Below, one piece after another: positions 13,101-27,380 of a stretch of 60,627 bases of DNA. Source of the stretch: Phoronis australis (taxonomy: Eukaryota; Animalia; Phoronida); the NCBI GenBank assembly GCA_002633005.1, contig NMRA01000648.1:167909-228535 (forward strand), given 5' to 3'. Each line of letters starts with the position of its first letter. The first letter of the stretch is position 1. The notes beneath the pieces are model-generated. The model was not told where the DNA came from, ran no database searches, and saw nothing but the letters and a program-made list of their open reading frames with translations. The translations under genes and the position numbers were made by a program.

Positions 13101-16100
13101 CCACCTGGACACCAGTCAGGTGTATTGTGTTTGAGATCCCTGTGTGATTTAAGTTCCTTAGCAGCCATCAATAATGTACTCTCAGTTAGGGATTGTAAAA
13201 ACGTAGACTGAGGGAATTGTCAACATTACATAGTATACATAATGTATGCGTGTCAAATGTCATCTCTTGGGAGAGGGTGTGTCAAAAAAGAATGATTCCA
13301 TCATGCAAATTTTTAATTTTGATAGTTGTGGCTGGTCCCTTAGCAAAAACATAATTTTTCAAGCTAAATTATGTTTCACATAACAGCTTTTGGAAAATGA
13401 AAGAGGCCAATTTTGGCTAGTACTTTTGTCAAGAATTGCTTAGATTTTACCATATTATGCACGTTTTTGTTGTTGAAAGTTGTGACTGGTCCCTTTAGTT
13501 AGCAAACAGCTGAATTATGAAGCTGAATTATCATGCTGAAATGTTTGTTGTTATTTATAGATCTTCGGCCTCCTGTTTGCCTTGGTAATGTTCAGTACAG
13601 TGGCCTGTGGTATTTGGGAGACTTACACGGGTGTGCACTTTCAGGTGAGTGGGGTAGGTGGGGTGGGGTAGCCAAGGGCCAACTGGTCCTTGGGAGTGTC
13701 TTTTCGTCTATGTAGCCAGGGGCCTGGCCTGTTCAGTAAACATTTTATATCTTGTAAAGTGCTTTTATTGGTTACTTTCAACGTGCCTCAATTCTTGATT
13801 AGCTTTCTTGGCAAGAAATTTTATGGCTCCTAAGCTGTGTTGCATAGACACTCGCGAGAAATGCTAGGTGTGATCACGTGCTTTAGTTGTAATGCATGGC
13901 GAAACCTCACAAGGTGTTGTGTGGTCTTGGGTGTACGTAACTCAGGTCTTCTCGGTGTGTCAGCAGGGGTTCTTCTTATGTGACCCTGTATTAACTGAAG
14001 CGATGTCATGCTGTGTTGTGTTGTGTTGTTGCAGGATTATCTCATATGGGAGGACTTCATACCAACAGACCCTATAGGGGGAGCCACTGTCATCTCAGTG
14101 CTCATCATCTTTTCATACATCATTGTCCTCAACACCCTTGTGCCTATTTCATTATATGTCAGGTGAGTGAAACAGTGATGATGGGCATTTTGTGACAGTT
14201 GATTGATTGACAAAAATGATGTATACAAGTTGCACCTTCAGTGTAGACAGTCTTTATCATGTAATCAATAGGCATTCGTTCCTTGAGGAAACATTCTTTT
14301 GTTACAAGCTCATGCGCACTATGGCGGCCTTGCGAACTTGTCTTTTCTTTTCTCATGGTCAGCTGATCGTGAAAGAAGATCAGTGCCTGTAAGAAATATA
14401 TTCATTTAAAAATAAATGTTTTCATAGGCTATTGCTAACGTAACAAGTGTGGAGATGAGAGAATTTCATGGTCTATCCAACTGTGATATCCACAGAACTG
14501 GTCTGTGTCCATGGATCAGAGAATTAAGAAAATCAGGGAAGTGGGGTGCTCTAACTTTTTCTCAAATTTTTAACGAATGAAGATATTCGATCAGTTTGTT
14601 GAAAGCCGTCTCTAGTTGTTCGACTTTGTGACCCGAGCATGTGCTTGCCTCAGCATTCCATGCAACAACAATATCAATTAATGAACCAAGTGTATGTGGT
14701 TTACACCGATTGTGCTGTCGTTGTTGCCTTCTAGTGTGGAGATTATCCGATTCGTGAACAGCTGGTGGATCAACTGGGATGAGAAGATGTATTACGCCAA
14801 GAACGACACGCCGGCGAAGGCGCGCACTACGAGTCTGAACGAGGAACTGGGTCAGATTCAGTACATCTTCTCTGATAAGACGGGCACATTGACACAGGTG
14901 AGATCTCATGGTTCTAAGTCAGAGGGCGCCACGTGTCTAGTCAAATCAAAGTGTGTGTGTAAATCAGTGTTTCCAATCATTGTATTACTCTGTCGTGCTA
15001 TAAATCATTTTAAATGCTCAAAGGTGTTGTAAACCCTTGTTTGTCAACTAATTTTTTGTTATGGCCTCTAAACGTTATAAACCTGATCACAATATTTCTT
15101 GGTACTCAGTTAAGAAGTGATGTCTGAGTTTAGAAGAACAGGTAGTTCAATATGGCTCCACTCTTAAATATTACAAATGACCAGCGGTGTCGATGAGTGA
15201 CGAAATATCACTTCCTCAACAACCCATAAATTACTTACTAGTTTTCTTGAAATTTGCAGAGTTTAATAGTTATGTAAAGACAATGAAGTAAGGGGTTGAG
15301 AATTGTGGGCGCAGTAAAACAAATTCTTTGCAATAGAGCCTGTGTTGGTATCACTAAAGTACCTGTTTATTTTTTGGACTCTGTGCTAGTGCACCGACGT
15401 CTTGTTCGACTCCAGTTTGGAGCTAGGCGTGTGACGTAATCACTTTTTGTTCCTATGTGGGTGTCGTGTGGTCACGTGTAATTGTATTACAGAACGTGAT
15501 GACGTTCAACAAGTGCTCCATCAACGGCGCATCTTATGGAGATTGTCTAGACAGCTTCGGGAATGCCGTCACCATTACAGAGGTAGGACGTGTTTGGTAA
15601 CAGCGTGCGTAATTTGTCCAATCCGATTTATTGTCACGTCATCAACTTTGTCAGCTTCCAGGATTTTTCTAGTTTGTTCATTGTGCATTTGAGAAATATA
15701 ACTATACAGAATGAATACCCTTAGGTGTATACCTGAAACTTTAATAGAAATGACGCAAAAGGCTAAGGCGTGAAAACCACTTACTTGATATTTTGATATA
15801 TCAGATCTCATAATTTAAATGATAACAGATTTATTTTTCCAATTTTAAGTTAATAATTGTTTTACTTCTAGTTTTTTTACACAAACTCATTTTAATTTTA
15901 ACTGACTCTTCAATAACACTGCAGTGCTTTTGTGTTATTGTCTTTTTGACTGCATAGTAGTTTGTATATTAGCAAAATGTTCAATGAGTTGACGGTCCAT
16001 TTACAGAGTACCCCTAAAGTGGACTTCTCTGACAATCCTCTGTATGAGGAGTCATTCGAGTTCTACGACCAGCGAGTCCTGGATGAGGTGAAACGGGGCG

Positions 16101-18595
16101 AGGTGGAGGTGTGCGAGTTCTTTCGTCTTCTGTCCCTTTGTCACACTGTGATGCCTGAAGAAAAGGACGGTGAGTGGGTTGGCGTAGTAATCATACGTCA
16201 GTTAAATTAACCATAACACTACTTTCCGTGAGGTTCCTCAACACATTTCCTGTCTGACAAGGTTATAACACTACTCATTAAGGAGGCAAAAGACAATTGG
16301 GGTAATGCTCGTAGTCTGTCAGTCAATTCAGAATTTGAACTGGGTCCTGGCAAGTGACTGTCCTCTGTCCTGGTCACTACTGCACTATACTGCCCTCTGT
16401 GGGCTAGTTCTTCTACTTGTTGTTAATGGTCACAATCTCTTTGGTGAGATAAAAACTTCAATATTCTTTATTTACTATTCTGCTTAATATCATTCTGTTG
16501 ATTATCAAATGTTGCACTAACATTTGCGAAAAACGAACTGGAATTCCAAGAAGTGTTCTTACCAAGCTCACTGCAAATTCTGTGCTTGTGCCATCAATGA
16601 AATGTTTTTTTGAATTATTGATTATACATTAATATAAGGAACAGGACATATTGTTATGTACTTAACAGTACATGGTTAACTGTCCGGATGCTGTCAGTTG
16701 TACTGACCAGTGCATGTGCACTTATTTTAGGCAACCTGGAATACCAAGCCCAGTCTCCTGACGAGGCCGCCCTGGTGTCAGCTGCGAGAAACTTTGGATT
16801 TGTCTTCAAGGTAAAATGTGTATGAAAATTTGGCAAAGGAAATTTTGGCTGTACCTTGATTTTTTTAGCTTAAATTGTGGGGTTTATGCACATTTTCAAC
16901 TTGAAAAGCACTGAAATATTTATGTGACCATTTTTGAACGATTTAGATAGAACCCTTTGTTTTGGTTTTTTGCTTGAACAAGTTAGTATTCTTTATAAAC
17001 ACAGATTAACACTACGAACCAAATCAAGTTCACTGATTTTTATGCACCCACATATGTATATGTATATTTATATGTGGGCGCATTATTAAAATTAGCAACT
17101 GCTGCTAGGAACAGTAAAGCTGAAAGAAACCTATGCTCTAACAAATGACCATTATGTTGTGTATTTTAGTCACGGACACCCACAACCATTACTGTCGAAG
17201 AAAACGGTCAAGAAAATGTCTACGAACTACTATGTATCTTAGACTTCAACAATGTTCGGAAGAGGATGTCTGTGATTCTTCGCAAGGACGGCAAGATCCG
17301 ACTTTATTGTAAGGGGGCGGACACAACTATCTATGAACGACTGGACAGTGGATGTCTGGATCTTCAGGAACTGACAACGGCCCACTTGAATGTAAGTCTG
17401 TCGCCGTGTGGTTGACTGCCAATAGGTGGTGTGGTGTTCCAACCCTGTTCTTGCTTTGAATGCTTGCGTGATGACTAAGCATTATAGGTCGTCATTGACA
17501 AAATTAATTGTGTTGCTTTTTTGTCAAATGCAAAGTTGAGGTGATTTATACATGGAGAAAAACACCAAAAATCTGTGACGATTGAGACTTTCTTGTTGTA
17601 TTGGAAAATCCTGAGATGCATGTTGCCACTTTTTATGAATCCATCCTCGTCGATGGTCAAAACCCAGAACTGTGGAATAAAATCTGTTTTTTTAAGTTCC
17701 TTTATTGTATTCTTGAAATTGACTCAATACGAAATCTTGTGATTCATCTGTTTGATGTTTTTGCATCCAAATTTTCATTTTTCTGGATTTTATTGCAGGA
17801 CTTTGCTAGTGAGGGTCTGCGCACACTGTGTCTGGCTGTGAAAGATATTGACGAGGAATACTATCATCAGTGGAAGAAGCGCCACCACGAGGCAGCGTGA
17901 GTAACTGAACATCTCAGCACAACTTGTTTTTTCAAAAGAATTTTCCGTAAATACTTTTGCACAAGGTAACTCCACGCAGACATTTTTCTGACATGAAGCT
18001 TGTAGTGTTTACTGTGAACCCTAAAATCTTTATGTAACTGAATATCCTATGGATCTGCTCATTAAATGCCTAGTCCTCGTCTGAAAGATTTGATTTCTGT
18101 TGTTTTTGATGCTTACTGATGTGTCTGTAACCAATGTGTTTTCTTAGTACTTTATTTTTATGTAGTGGAAACTACCTTTCTTGGACGTGACTGGGTATTT
18201 TCATTACAAGCAGATGAATGTGCACTAAGACAAGTTTTTCCCATAATTCTTTGCAGGACATCCCTTGTGGACCGAGATGGGAAACTAGACAAGGTTTACG
18301 AGGAAATCGAAGCGGGAATGACGCTGATCGGTGCCACCGCCATTGAAGACAAGTTGCAAGATGGCGTACCGGACTGCATTGCCAACTTGGCACTGGCCGG
18401 CATCAAGCTGTGGGTTCTGACAGGCGATAAGCAGGAGACTGCCATCAACATTGGCTACTCATGCAAACTGCTGACGGACGAGATGGAGGAAGTGTTTGTC
18501 ATAGATGGCGACTCGTACCAGACGGTAGAGAAGCAGCTTGAGACAGCTAAGCAGAAGATGCTAGATATTATTAAGGTATGCAGACAATGGTCCTG

Positions 18596-18628
<33 letters not shown>

Positions 18629-21600
18629 NNNNNNNNNNNNNNNNNNNNNNNNNNNNNNNNNNNNNNNNNNNNNNNNNNNNNNNNNNNNNNNNNNNNNNNN
18701 NNNNNNNNNNNNNNNNNNNNNNNNNNNNNNNNNNNNNNNNNNNNNNNNNNNNNNNNNNNNNNNNNNNNNNNNNNNNNNNNNNNNNNNNNNNNNNNTGTGT
18801 GTGTCTGTGTGTGTCTGTGTGTGTGTCTGTGTGTGTGTCTGTGTGTGTGTCTGTGTGTGTGTCTGTGTGTGTCTGTGTGTGTCTGTGTGTGGACCTGGGA
18901 CAGACATTCTGGGGATGAGCAAACCATTGAGGAGAGAAAATGCCTTCATGAATTTGATGCTTGGCAAAGCTTGGTACATGAATCTACTGTTACTATGCCT
19001 TAGTGCTGGGCATGTTCTTGTGATACTTGCATTGAGGCAACACACACAAGCATTTCAGTTGTTGAAAAATCATCATCAGCTATTGTTCTTTTCTGAAAGT
19101 CTTATGTGAGTGCTTGAAACTTGATTTGAAAAATCAGAACCTAGGCTTTGATAGCAGCTGTTATTTTTCATCGAATTCTTCAATTTCAATGCTTGCTATA
19201 TACTAGTTGTCTACGCCGTGTGAACATTCAACGGGCACTTGCAATTCACTGGGTGTTGCGGGTGAAGCAAGGGACCTTTCTATAGAAATTGTTGCATCAG
19301 GTAAATCCTTGTTGCCCTTGTCATACGAATGCTCACAATTCATTCAGTCATTAACTGGGGAGGCTTTATGTATTAGCCCCACCTTATAGATGCTGAGATG
19401 CCCATTTCTGTTGTGACCTTACACAGGGCCTCTATAGTTAATTTTGTTCGACTCTTGTTTTCCAGAATAACAAATCTAACGACATGGACGTGGTGTCATA
19501 TGCTGGCACATTGACCCCTGCCGATGAAGAAGTGCCTGCGGAACTGGGCGGATTTGCCATCGTCATTAACGGACATAGTTTGGTACGCTCAGGTCATTCT
19601 CTCGCAATTAGTCATGCATGAAATATGTTTCCTGGGATCATTACTTGATTATTGCAAAAACCACGCATCCAAATTTACTAGAATCAACCTTTTCCTTATA
19701 ACGCGCTTGTAGTGCAATAATGTGTGCATTGATCAAGGCAGATTCTGTTTGTTAAGAATGGTAAGCACTGTCACGTTATTATTATTATTGTTTATTATGC
19801 TAAAGTAGGTTGTTGTTATTTGCATATGTTATGTAAAAACAATGAAGTAAGTATTTGAGAAATATTGACACTGTAAAATGAATGTGTGAATAGAGCCTGG
19901 TCTTTTATAAAACTTTCCTGTTTATTTTTGGGCAGTGTGGTTTTTCTGCCAGTAGAAATACTGCTTAGAATTCTTAAAATAGACAATAAGGAGAGCCTTA
20001 CACACACCAGAAGTAATGGGTCAAAACATTGTTTCCCTGTCAGTGGTTATTACTCGTCACAACGTGTCATTCTAACTGTTCTGATGGTGAATTCCGCTTG
20101 CACTTAGCGGGGAATAATGCTTGCATTCAGCCACAGTGATGGAAGTTCCGCTTGTGTTTGGCCGTCGTCTCTGGGAATTCCTGGTCATTTTGCCTAGTTG
20201 TTTTTTGCATGTACTGTGTCATTATTTTCTGCCAATATGGATAATCTGTTAGAAGTTAATTACCCATAACGCATTACAGTTAAGATTCATTAATAACTCG
20301 TACAAGTACCCATAAGTCATTTGTCTGTGTAATTCAGGTGCATGGCCTTCAGGAGAGTCTGGAAGTGCTGCTGTTAGATACTGCCTGTATGTGTAAGACG
20401 GTCATCTGCTGCCGTGTCACTCCCCTTCAGAAGGCCCTAGTTGTCGATCTCGTCAAGCGACATAAGAAATCCATCACGCTTTCTATTGGTGACGGTGCCA
20501 ACGACGTCAGTATGATCAAAAGTAAGTTGTTGTTGCTTGACTAACAACAATGGAAACAACGTCACTGTCAGAACTGGCCTCTTTGTCACAGGAGTGCTCG
20601 AAATAAATTGGACAAAATCATTTGATTTCTTGAAAAACTGGCTTGTGGAAGTGCAGCTGAATAATAAAGTCATAGCATTAATGACACCAAGAATTCATTG
20701 TGTTACTGGCCAAATTTCACTGTGGTCCCCAACGCTTTTGTCTAGTTGAATTTATGGCAAGTTAAACTCTGAATGAGGTTCAACAACAGCGATATTTGAT
20801 TATTACATTTAAGTTCCGTCTTATTGCTTAATTACTAATGCTTCTGAGTTTGGTGCTGCGGTGAAGATTAAAAGTCCATATAGTTTGTTTTGAAGATCCG
20901 TGTGTCTGCATTGGTCACTCTTTGCAGTCCGGCTATTGGCCAGTGTTCTTGGTACGTCATAACCCTCTAGCCAATTAGCATAGAGACGATAGTCTGGATG
21001 CAGACAGTCATCCAGTCATAATCAAAGCAAAACATTCTTACGGATTTTTAAATCATTTTGTTTAATTTTTGATATTTTTTGTGTTTACACCATTAGCGTG
21101 ACGAAGCCGGGAAAATGTTGATAAAATCCATCATCTTTTAGGGACACTACTATTAATACTACTAGTGGTTTACTCATTTCAGCCGCCCATATCGGCGTAG
21201 GTATCAGTGGTCAGGAAGGTCTCCAAGCTGTACTTGCCAGCGACTACTCGTTTGCTCAGTTCCGCTTCCTGGAGCGCCTCCTGTTGGTGCACGGCAGGTG
21301 GTCGTACCTACGCATGTCCAAGTTTCTCAAGTACTTCTTCTACAAGAACTTTGCCTTCACCCTCTGTCACTTCTGGTACTCATTCTTCACGGGATATTCA
21401 GCTCAGGTCAGTCTTTCAAAATGTCAAGTACTAAAATATAATTGTAGTTAAGCTCAGAAAGTACTAGAACGCATTATATCTAGCTCATTTTTGTTGTCAC
21501 AGTAATTCTTTTTTGTAATTGAGAAAAAATCTGTCATCTCAGATGGCCATCGTTTTGAGTCGCACGCTTATTTTGTTGGGGAAACGAAGCAAGCGCTTAA

Positions 21601-24600
21601 AGGTAGGATTTAGTAGTGTTTAGTCATCTTTGCGCATCAGACCATGATTTTTCTATGGAAAATGTGTTGATCTTCGATACTGAGGATTAGTTTTCTGGTG
21701 GTGTGAGAGAGTAGATTCAGGAGAGAATCGAGTCCCCCAACCTCAGCAGACATGGAAGACTAAGCCTTAACCTATCAGTGTGGAATAGTGTATTACATCA
21801 ACAACCAAAGAAACTCTGTCACAATCCATGTGAGAACAATCTCCGCTAATGCCGACATGCCAGCACTTCGACGATCCGTAGAAGTCTCCGAGATGGGGAC
21901 ACTACATTCAGTAGTATTCAGTAAGTCCAGAGATTGATTTATTTTTGATTTGCTGTATGATGTAATGTTACCTTACAACAATCTTGTTTTTAAATCCTAT
22001 TGCAGACCCTGTATGATCCAGCCTTCATCTCCATGTATAATTTCGCTCTCACCTCCCTCCCAGTTCTGGCAATGGGAATCTTTGACAAGGTAGGCAACAA
22101 CACCAACTTTGTGCAGGTTTAGTTTACAATATCAATACCTAGCCTGGATGACTTTGCACACTTAAAGTGTGATTGGCTAAGCATGAAGTTGTGTATGTAA
22201 AAGTAAACAATTGTTGAATTAGATATAGTACTATCCATTCTCTTGGTTTGAATATTGGTTGTCAGCAACATTAATTCCAGCTTGGACAAACCATTGCATT
22301 AAATCTTTTGGACATTTGGCAGGTGTATTTCTGTTACCATGACTGCAGATGGACGGATCTAACTACCACTTCTAATCTTACCACTGCCCACTTTAGACCT
22401 TTGTGTTCATTTTACATTTTGGACCTCATAGTCCGTTCATTATTTAGGTGTCAGTACCCTAATTCTCCATTTATTTTGCACAAAAATAATTGCCCAAATT
22501 GTCAGTTTTCTATTTTTCAATGGCTGTTTATTTTACTGTAAATAATGGATTTGCTTCATGACATCAATGTGGTGCACACCACGCTAGCAAAAGAGCAAAT
22601 ATTTTTTAATCTTTAATGTTTTTGTGGAGAAATTTGACAAAATATAATTTCACTTGCCGGTCATAGTGTGTGCTAAATAAGTGAATTGTCACTGTAACAG
22701 TTCTCCATTAATTCAATCTTACCACTGCTTGCTTTTGACTGTGTTCATTCACACTGTCCATCTCTTGGTCATTTTTCTAGGTTGTCTCCAGGCGGCTGTA
22801 TTCTGGGTAGAGTAGCTGGTTTCGAAATTTGAGATTTTTTCAAACTGTTATGTTTTGTTTTAGGTTAGCTGAATGCCTTTGCTTGCCAATACTATGATAC
22901 TTTGCTGGAAGCACTCATTGCTATGTCTGTTTTGCCAGCATTACATTTAGTATGCTCAAGTCTTAAAGGAATCTCTGAAGTTATCTAAAACTGCATATTA
23001 ACTAAGCTGATAGTAAAAAAGTCAACGTACTTCCTCGAAATTTGTCTGGCTTCAATAAAGTTACGACGAAAACTCAAAAAGAAACCAGATAAAAGATAAA
23101 AACGCCAATTGTTAGAAAATGCTTTTTACTACAAAATGTCCATCATTTTTACAAGAGGAACTCTTTCATTTTGATTGGAAAACTTCAGTAACTGTACATG
23201 CATCATCTAATAAATATATTAAAACACTCAGATAATTTACTGGAAGCTTTGTAATTGTGCTTAGTTGTCAGTAAGCAGACACTACCAGCGGAAGAAAGGA
23301 GAACGATTTATGGCTTGGGTATTTTATCTTAAAGTATTTTTACATTGAATTGCAAATGGATGTCTTGAAGGAATTATTACTTTTATGGTAAATGTTTCTG
23401 GTGGCAATACATATTGTCGGCAAATATGCCAAGTCAGAATTGGGCAGCAAAGTCCCACAATATGCAGTACAAGGTAGAAGTAATTAGACAAACTACCATT
23501 GCAGAAAGGATTGGGAGTGGTTGTTATTGCTGCAAAATTTCAATTACAGTGTGGCTTAGCCACCTCATTAACTTTCTTGGTAATTCCCCTTCATTCACGG
23601 TCATCAGGGGAGACTACTCTGACGGTGAATGTGACTTCTGCCCTTGTGACATGGCAGGGAGTCCTGAATGGTTTTGTCTGAGTACTTTTGATTTGTGATA
23701 TACATATAATGTCTCTGTGTCTTTATACTAATTACTGCTCATTTTTTAGGATGTTAATGAAGAGGATAGTGTGCGTTTCCCCAAACTCTACACCCCTGGT
23801 CTCTATGACATGCTCTTCAATAAAAATGAGTTCATCTACAGCGTCATAGAGGGAGTCTTCTGTTCTGTGGCACTGTTCTTTGTACCTTATGGTGCCGTCG
23901 GCGGTGCAATCTCAGTGTCTGGTCACGACGCGGCGGACATGAGGTCATTTGGGGTCATCGTCGCTAGTATACTCATTGTGGCAATTACTCTCAAGGTGGG
24001 TTTAACAATACACTATGTATCGGACAGATTTGATGTTTTCGCTGCCACATGTATTCCTGTGGAGCCGATGACAAATGGTAACAAGTGTCAAACAAGTTCA
24101 AATACCATTGAGTCCCCTAGTAGCAAAATGTTTTTTTACGTTTACCTTTAAGTATCTTCGGTGTATTTTCATAAAATTCAGCAAATTTCTATCAAGGGGA
24201 CAACCATGCCTTCCCGTTTTTGGAGAGATTTGATGTTTTCTGCACCACCTGGTGGCCATTTAAAATTTTTTGACATCTGCCTCTGTATCTGCCAATTCAC
24301 TCAAAGGGCGATTATGAAAATTTACGATTGTGTTCCTGATGCGAAGACTTTGGCTGTTGTGGATTTTCAATGTCTTTGACTATTCCGGCACTCTGTAGAG
24401 GCAACTTTGCTGTCCTAGCATCTATGACTGCATCTCCTTTAACCCTTTTAGGATCTTTATGAAATTTGGCAGATGGTCTTCTATAGGGATGGCAAAGATG
24501 ACGATGAATTTCAGACTAATCGGACTACAGCTGTGCCCCCTGGTGTCAATTGTTTTTTATGTTTGTCTCTATATCACCGGAGTTCGTTGACATATTTTTG

Positions 24601-26216
24601 TGAAATTTGGTAAATGGTTGTGTTTTACAGCAATGTCTCTCTACCTTTTCAATTTGGATGGGTTTGTCACAATACGCGCCATTTAATGGCCATTTTTATG
24701 ATACTAAAAACACTTATAGCACACCATTAACGGCGCTATCAAAAAGGCGCATTTGAACGCCCCACCTCACTGTTGTAATCAACTTCGTGGCAAACTCGTC
24801 ATCATGACTGTATGGTTACCGTGACTGTTCATTCCGCTTTTTGTCAACCATCGCGACAGGAAATTGCTTTAATACTTGGCCGTAATGGGAAGCAATGGCT
24901 TGTAATGTATGTTTGGTACGAGTTGTCATTCATGTTTCGGTCAGTGAAGGTGCATGTAAATATGGCATGTCCAGTTCGCTCCACAACAGAAAATTCAAAC
25001 TCGATGGAATTACAAATTTGCATGTACATCAGGGATATTCCTGACCAGGTTTAAACCTGTGCCCTTTGATTGCACCTGATGATAAAAAAGTGTGCCTTTT
25101 TCCAAAAAGTTGTGCCCAGCACTTAGTGTAATTGAAGTGGTAACATATGAATCAGAAACCCCAAGGCCAATCGAAATAAGAACAGTCATGTTTTACCCAA
25201 CTGGCTGTAAGTTGACTAGAATTGTGCATTTTTGGAAGAATGTTGCATTTTGTACCAGTGTGCCATGGGGGTGCTCTGGTACAATGCCTCTTTATTTTTT
25301 ATGCACTAAAGGTGCAAAGGCGCAGTCCAGGAATATCCCTGCACATGTTGGAAAGTCCATGTCCACACTGTTTGTAGTCTGCCAAGTCTTGTTGTATGTG
25401 CATTGAACTGATACCAAAACTCTAACATGTCCTAATTTGCGTTATTTCTGACTAATCTTCCAATACTTCGGTCTGATTACATAGGTTTTCAAACTCGACG
25501 CAAGTAGGCCAGACTTGTCACGACATAATTCAAGCTCAGTCCAAACAAGTTGTAGGAAACATTGACATCTATAAGCAGATGAAACCAGCTGTAGATCTCT
25601 CACTATCAGTAGTTACTTGTCATGTCGTAATGTACACATCTGTCTCTTTCAGTGTGCCATGGACACATCGTACTGGACAGTGCTCAACCATGTGGTCATC
25701 TGGGGCAGTATCATCGTTTACTTCATCTTCGTCTTCTTCCTCTATGCTGACTTCTTTAACCCCCTCTACGGCGACTACACTGGTGTCGCTCGCGCCACCA
25801 TGGGAACAGCCATGTTTTGGTTTACAATGTTACTCACTGTGGCAGTAATCATCCTTCCTGTCGTGGCCACACGATTCTACAAGTCTACTATGCACCCTAC
25901 ACTGTCGGATCGTGTGCGACTGCGGGCCAGAATTATCAAGTCTAAGTCTAAAGCCAGAGAGTTGGGTATCAGGCCAACATCGTCTATACGGCGCAGTCAG
26001 CGACTGAGATCTGGTTACGCTTTCTCTCACCAGGAGGGCTTTGGTAACTTGATCACGTCAGGCATAAACATGCGTGAGTCGATAATCCAAGAAGACGAGA
26101 CTGATGGTGGGACGTCGTCATCTTCACCCACGAAAACAATCAGTGTGAAACATGGGGCCAACATTAGTCTGGGTGGAGTGCATGTGGCAGAGTCATCCGA
26201 AGTCACAGATTTATAA
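7138..26216 (+). CDS. ATP8B: P4-ATPase phospholipid flippase, ATP8B subfamily (ATP8B2/ATP8B4-like); 22 coding exons, about 1190 aa, 5'-most coding exon not identified
   Basis: Exons with GT-AG ends and consistent phase: 7138-7196, 7604-7717, 9345-9443, 10737-10871, 11256-11326, 12030-12112, 12402-12649, 13561-13644, 14035-14162, 14735-14897, 15493-15582, 16007-16169, 16731-16810, 17170-17391, 17799-17896, 18257-18575, 19466-19582, 20338-20521, 21183-21406, 22006-22089, 23750-23995, 25653-26216 (TAA). Motifs: [20 protein letters not shown] (A domain), VPISLYV (TM4 PISL of P4-ATPases), SDKTGTLT (phospho-Asp), [62 protein letters not shown]-terminal [18 protein letters not shown] at TM1-2 resembles ATP8B2/B4 rather than the QQ motif of ATP8A. 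Confidence 0.95.
10023..10245. repeat. 45-bp minisatellite, 5 copies, in an ATP8B intron
   Basis: TTTGACTAACTTAGGAACA... starts at 10023, 10068, 10113, 10158, 10203. Confidence 0.92.
16230..16394 (-). mobile_element. Degenerate tRNA-derived SINE-like sequence
   Basis: Minus strand GGCAGTATAGTGCAGTAGTG (A-box-like) ... CCCAGTTCAAATTC (B-box-like) at tRNA-like spacing; the 3' boundary is approximate. Confidence 0.35.
18594..18890. repeat. (TG)n / (TGTGTGTCTG)n microsatellite spanning an assembly gap
   Basis: TG runs on both sides of N-gap 18629-18795. Confidence 0.95.
24010..24710. mobile_element. Fragment of the Helentron/HINE-like repeat family, opposite orientation to the copies in MRPS30 introns
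   Basis: GAGATTTGATGTTTTCTGCACCACCTGGTGGCCATTTAAAA (about 24226-24266) is the near-exact reverse complement of about 34060-34100; repeated TGAAATTTGG sub-motifs; boundaries approximate. Confidence 0.6.
25030..25341. mobile_element. MITE with CAGGG termini (hAT-like), copy 1
   Basis: TIRs CAGGGATATTCCTGAC ... GTCCAGGAATATCCCTG; related copy at 44614-44873; no clear TSD. Confidence 0.65.
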
Positions 26217-27380
26217 CGTAGGCAGCGCATTGGAGAGGGGAGATCTGTTTCTTCTTATTGTCAGGGATAATCAAAAGCTGCTGTCAACTTTTACGAGCTA
26301 TTTGTAAAAAGGACAATGGCAGTGTACTTCTTGATGACAAATTTGTGATTACTATACATTCAAGTCTACAAACTGAACAAGCTGAATTTCATATTTGCTT
26401 AAATGATGTCCTGTTACAGTGTCACTGGCATTGGTTGCAACTTCCCTGTTGGCAAGACTTTTTTTGTTTGTTTGGGTATTGTTCACAGTTATCACCATTT
26501 TAATGAGTGCACAAATAGAACGCTTTACAGGGAAGCAGTCATGAAAGTGGTGATGTGAATGGTGTCTTATGAACTGATATTTTGTTAAATTCTGTAACTT
26601 TTGATTTTTTTTCCATGTGTTTGCCATCTGAATCAAGTAATTTTTTCACTTCGTCGTTGTCTGTATATGAACAAGATTTACCAATTAATTTTGCTTAGAG
26701 GTTAACATGCATGTGGTGATATGTGGTTAGTGATGCTTAGTTCTAGTATTCTACGTGTAGCATTCCTGCCTGCTATAGCTTGATTTAAAGCACTGTACAA
26801 CATTGTCTTTAAAGATGTATTAAGCAATATTTTGAGTGATGTTACTATTACGTTGTTACATCCCTTTTTTACCCTGTGGGTAGTGATGAAAGTTCAAATT
26901 TACGTGAGGAAACCAGCCCAGGTAAAATTTGAAGGTGGGATGATGATGGTCCAAGGGTTGGAGTTTGTTAAATGTGAACACAACAGCCCATTGAATCCAA
27001 TCCAGCTGCTTGGTAATGTAATCCTTTATGACACCTCATCATGTCCTAAAACTATATGTGCCTGTTAACTGTTGGCAGGGAATGCAGTAATTGAAGTTTG
27101 CACTTCAGTTCACAAATTGGGTTTTGGCTTGAATTTTCGCCTGCATTAGATGTCATGAGTTTTGTGACGTCACAAATATCGAGTCTTGAAATCAGGCAGG
27201 TTAACAACTCTTCCTGTTGTCTATGGTTATAACGTGATGTGGAGCACATAATTGTATTTTTGGTATTATTCTTGTCATACTTTAAGTTATCCATTTTTGA
27301 CTTACTGATTTATAGCTCAATATAATTTATGTTAACTTTGTTTCTGGCCATAACATCAGAGGATAAAATTGACAATCCAG

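Noticed and set aside
16300-16394. Functional tRNA gene on the minus strand
   Set aside because: A/B boxes are degenerate and no cloverleaf could be built; kept only as a low-confidence SINE-like remnant.
18455-19109. Long ORFs with CV/HT repeats
   Set aside because: Artefacts of the TG microsatellite and N-gap; only 18257-18575 is exon.
22090-23749. Possible mutually exclusive duplicate of the 84-nt ATP8B exon 22006-22089
   Set aside because: No paralogous reading frame with splice sites was found by eye.
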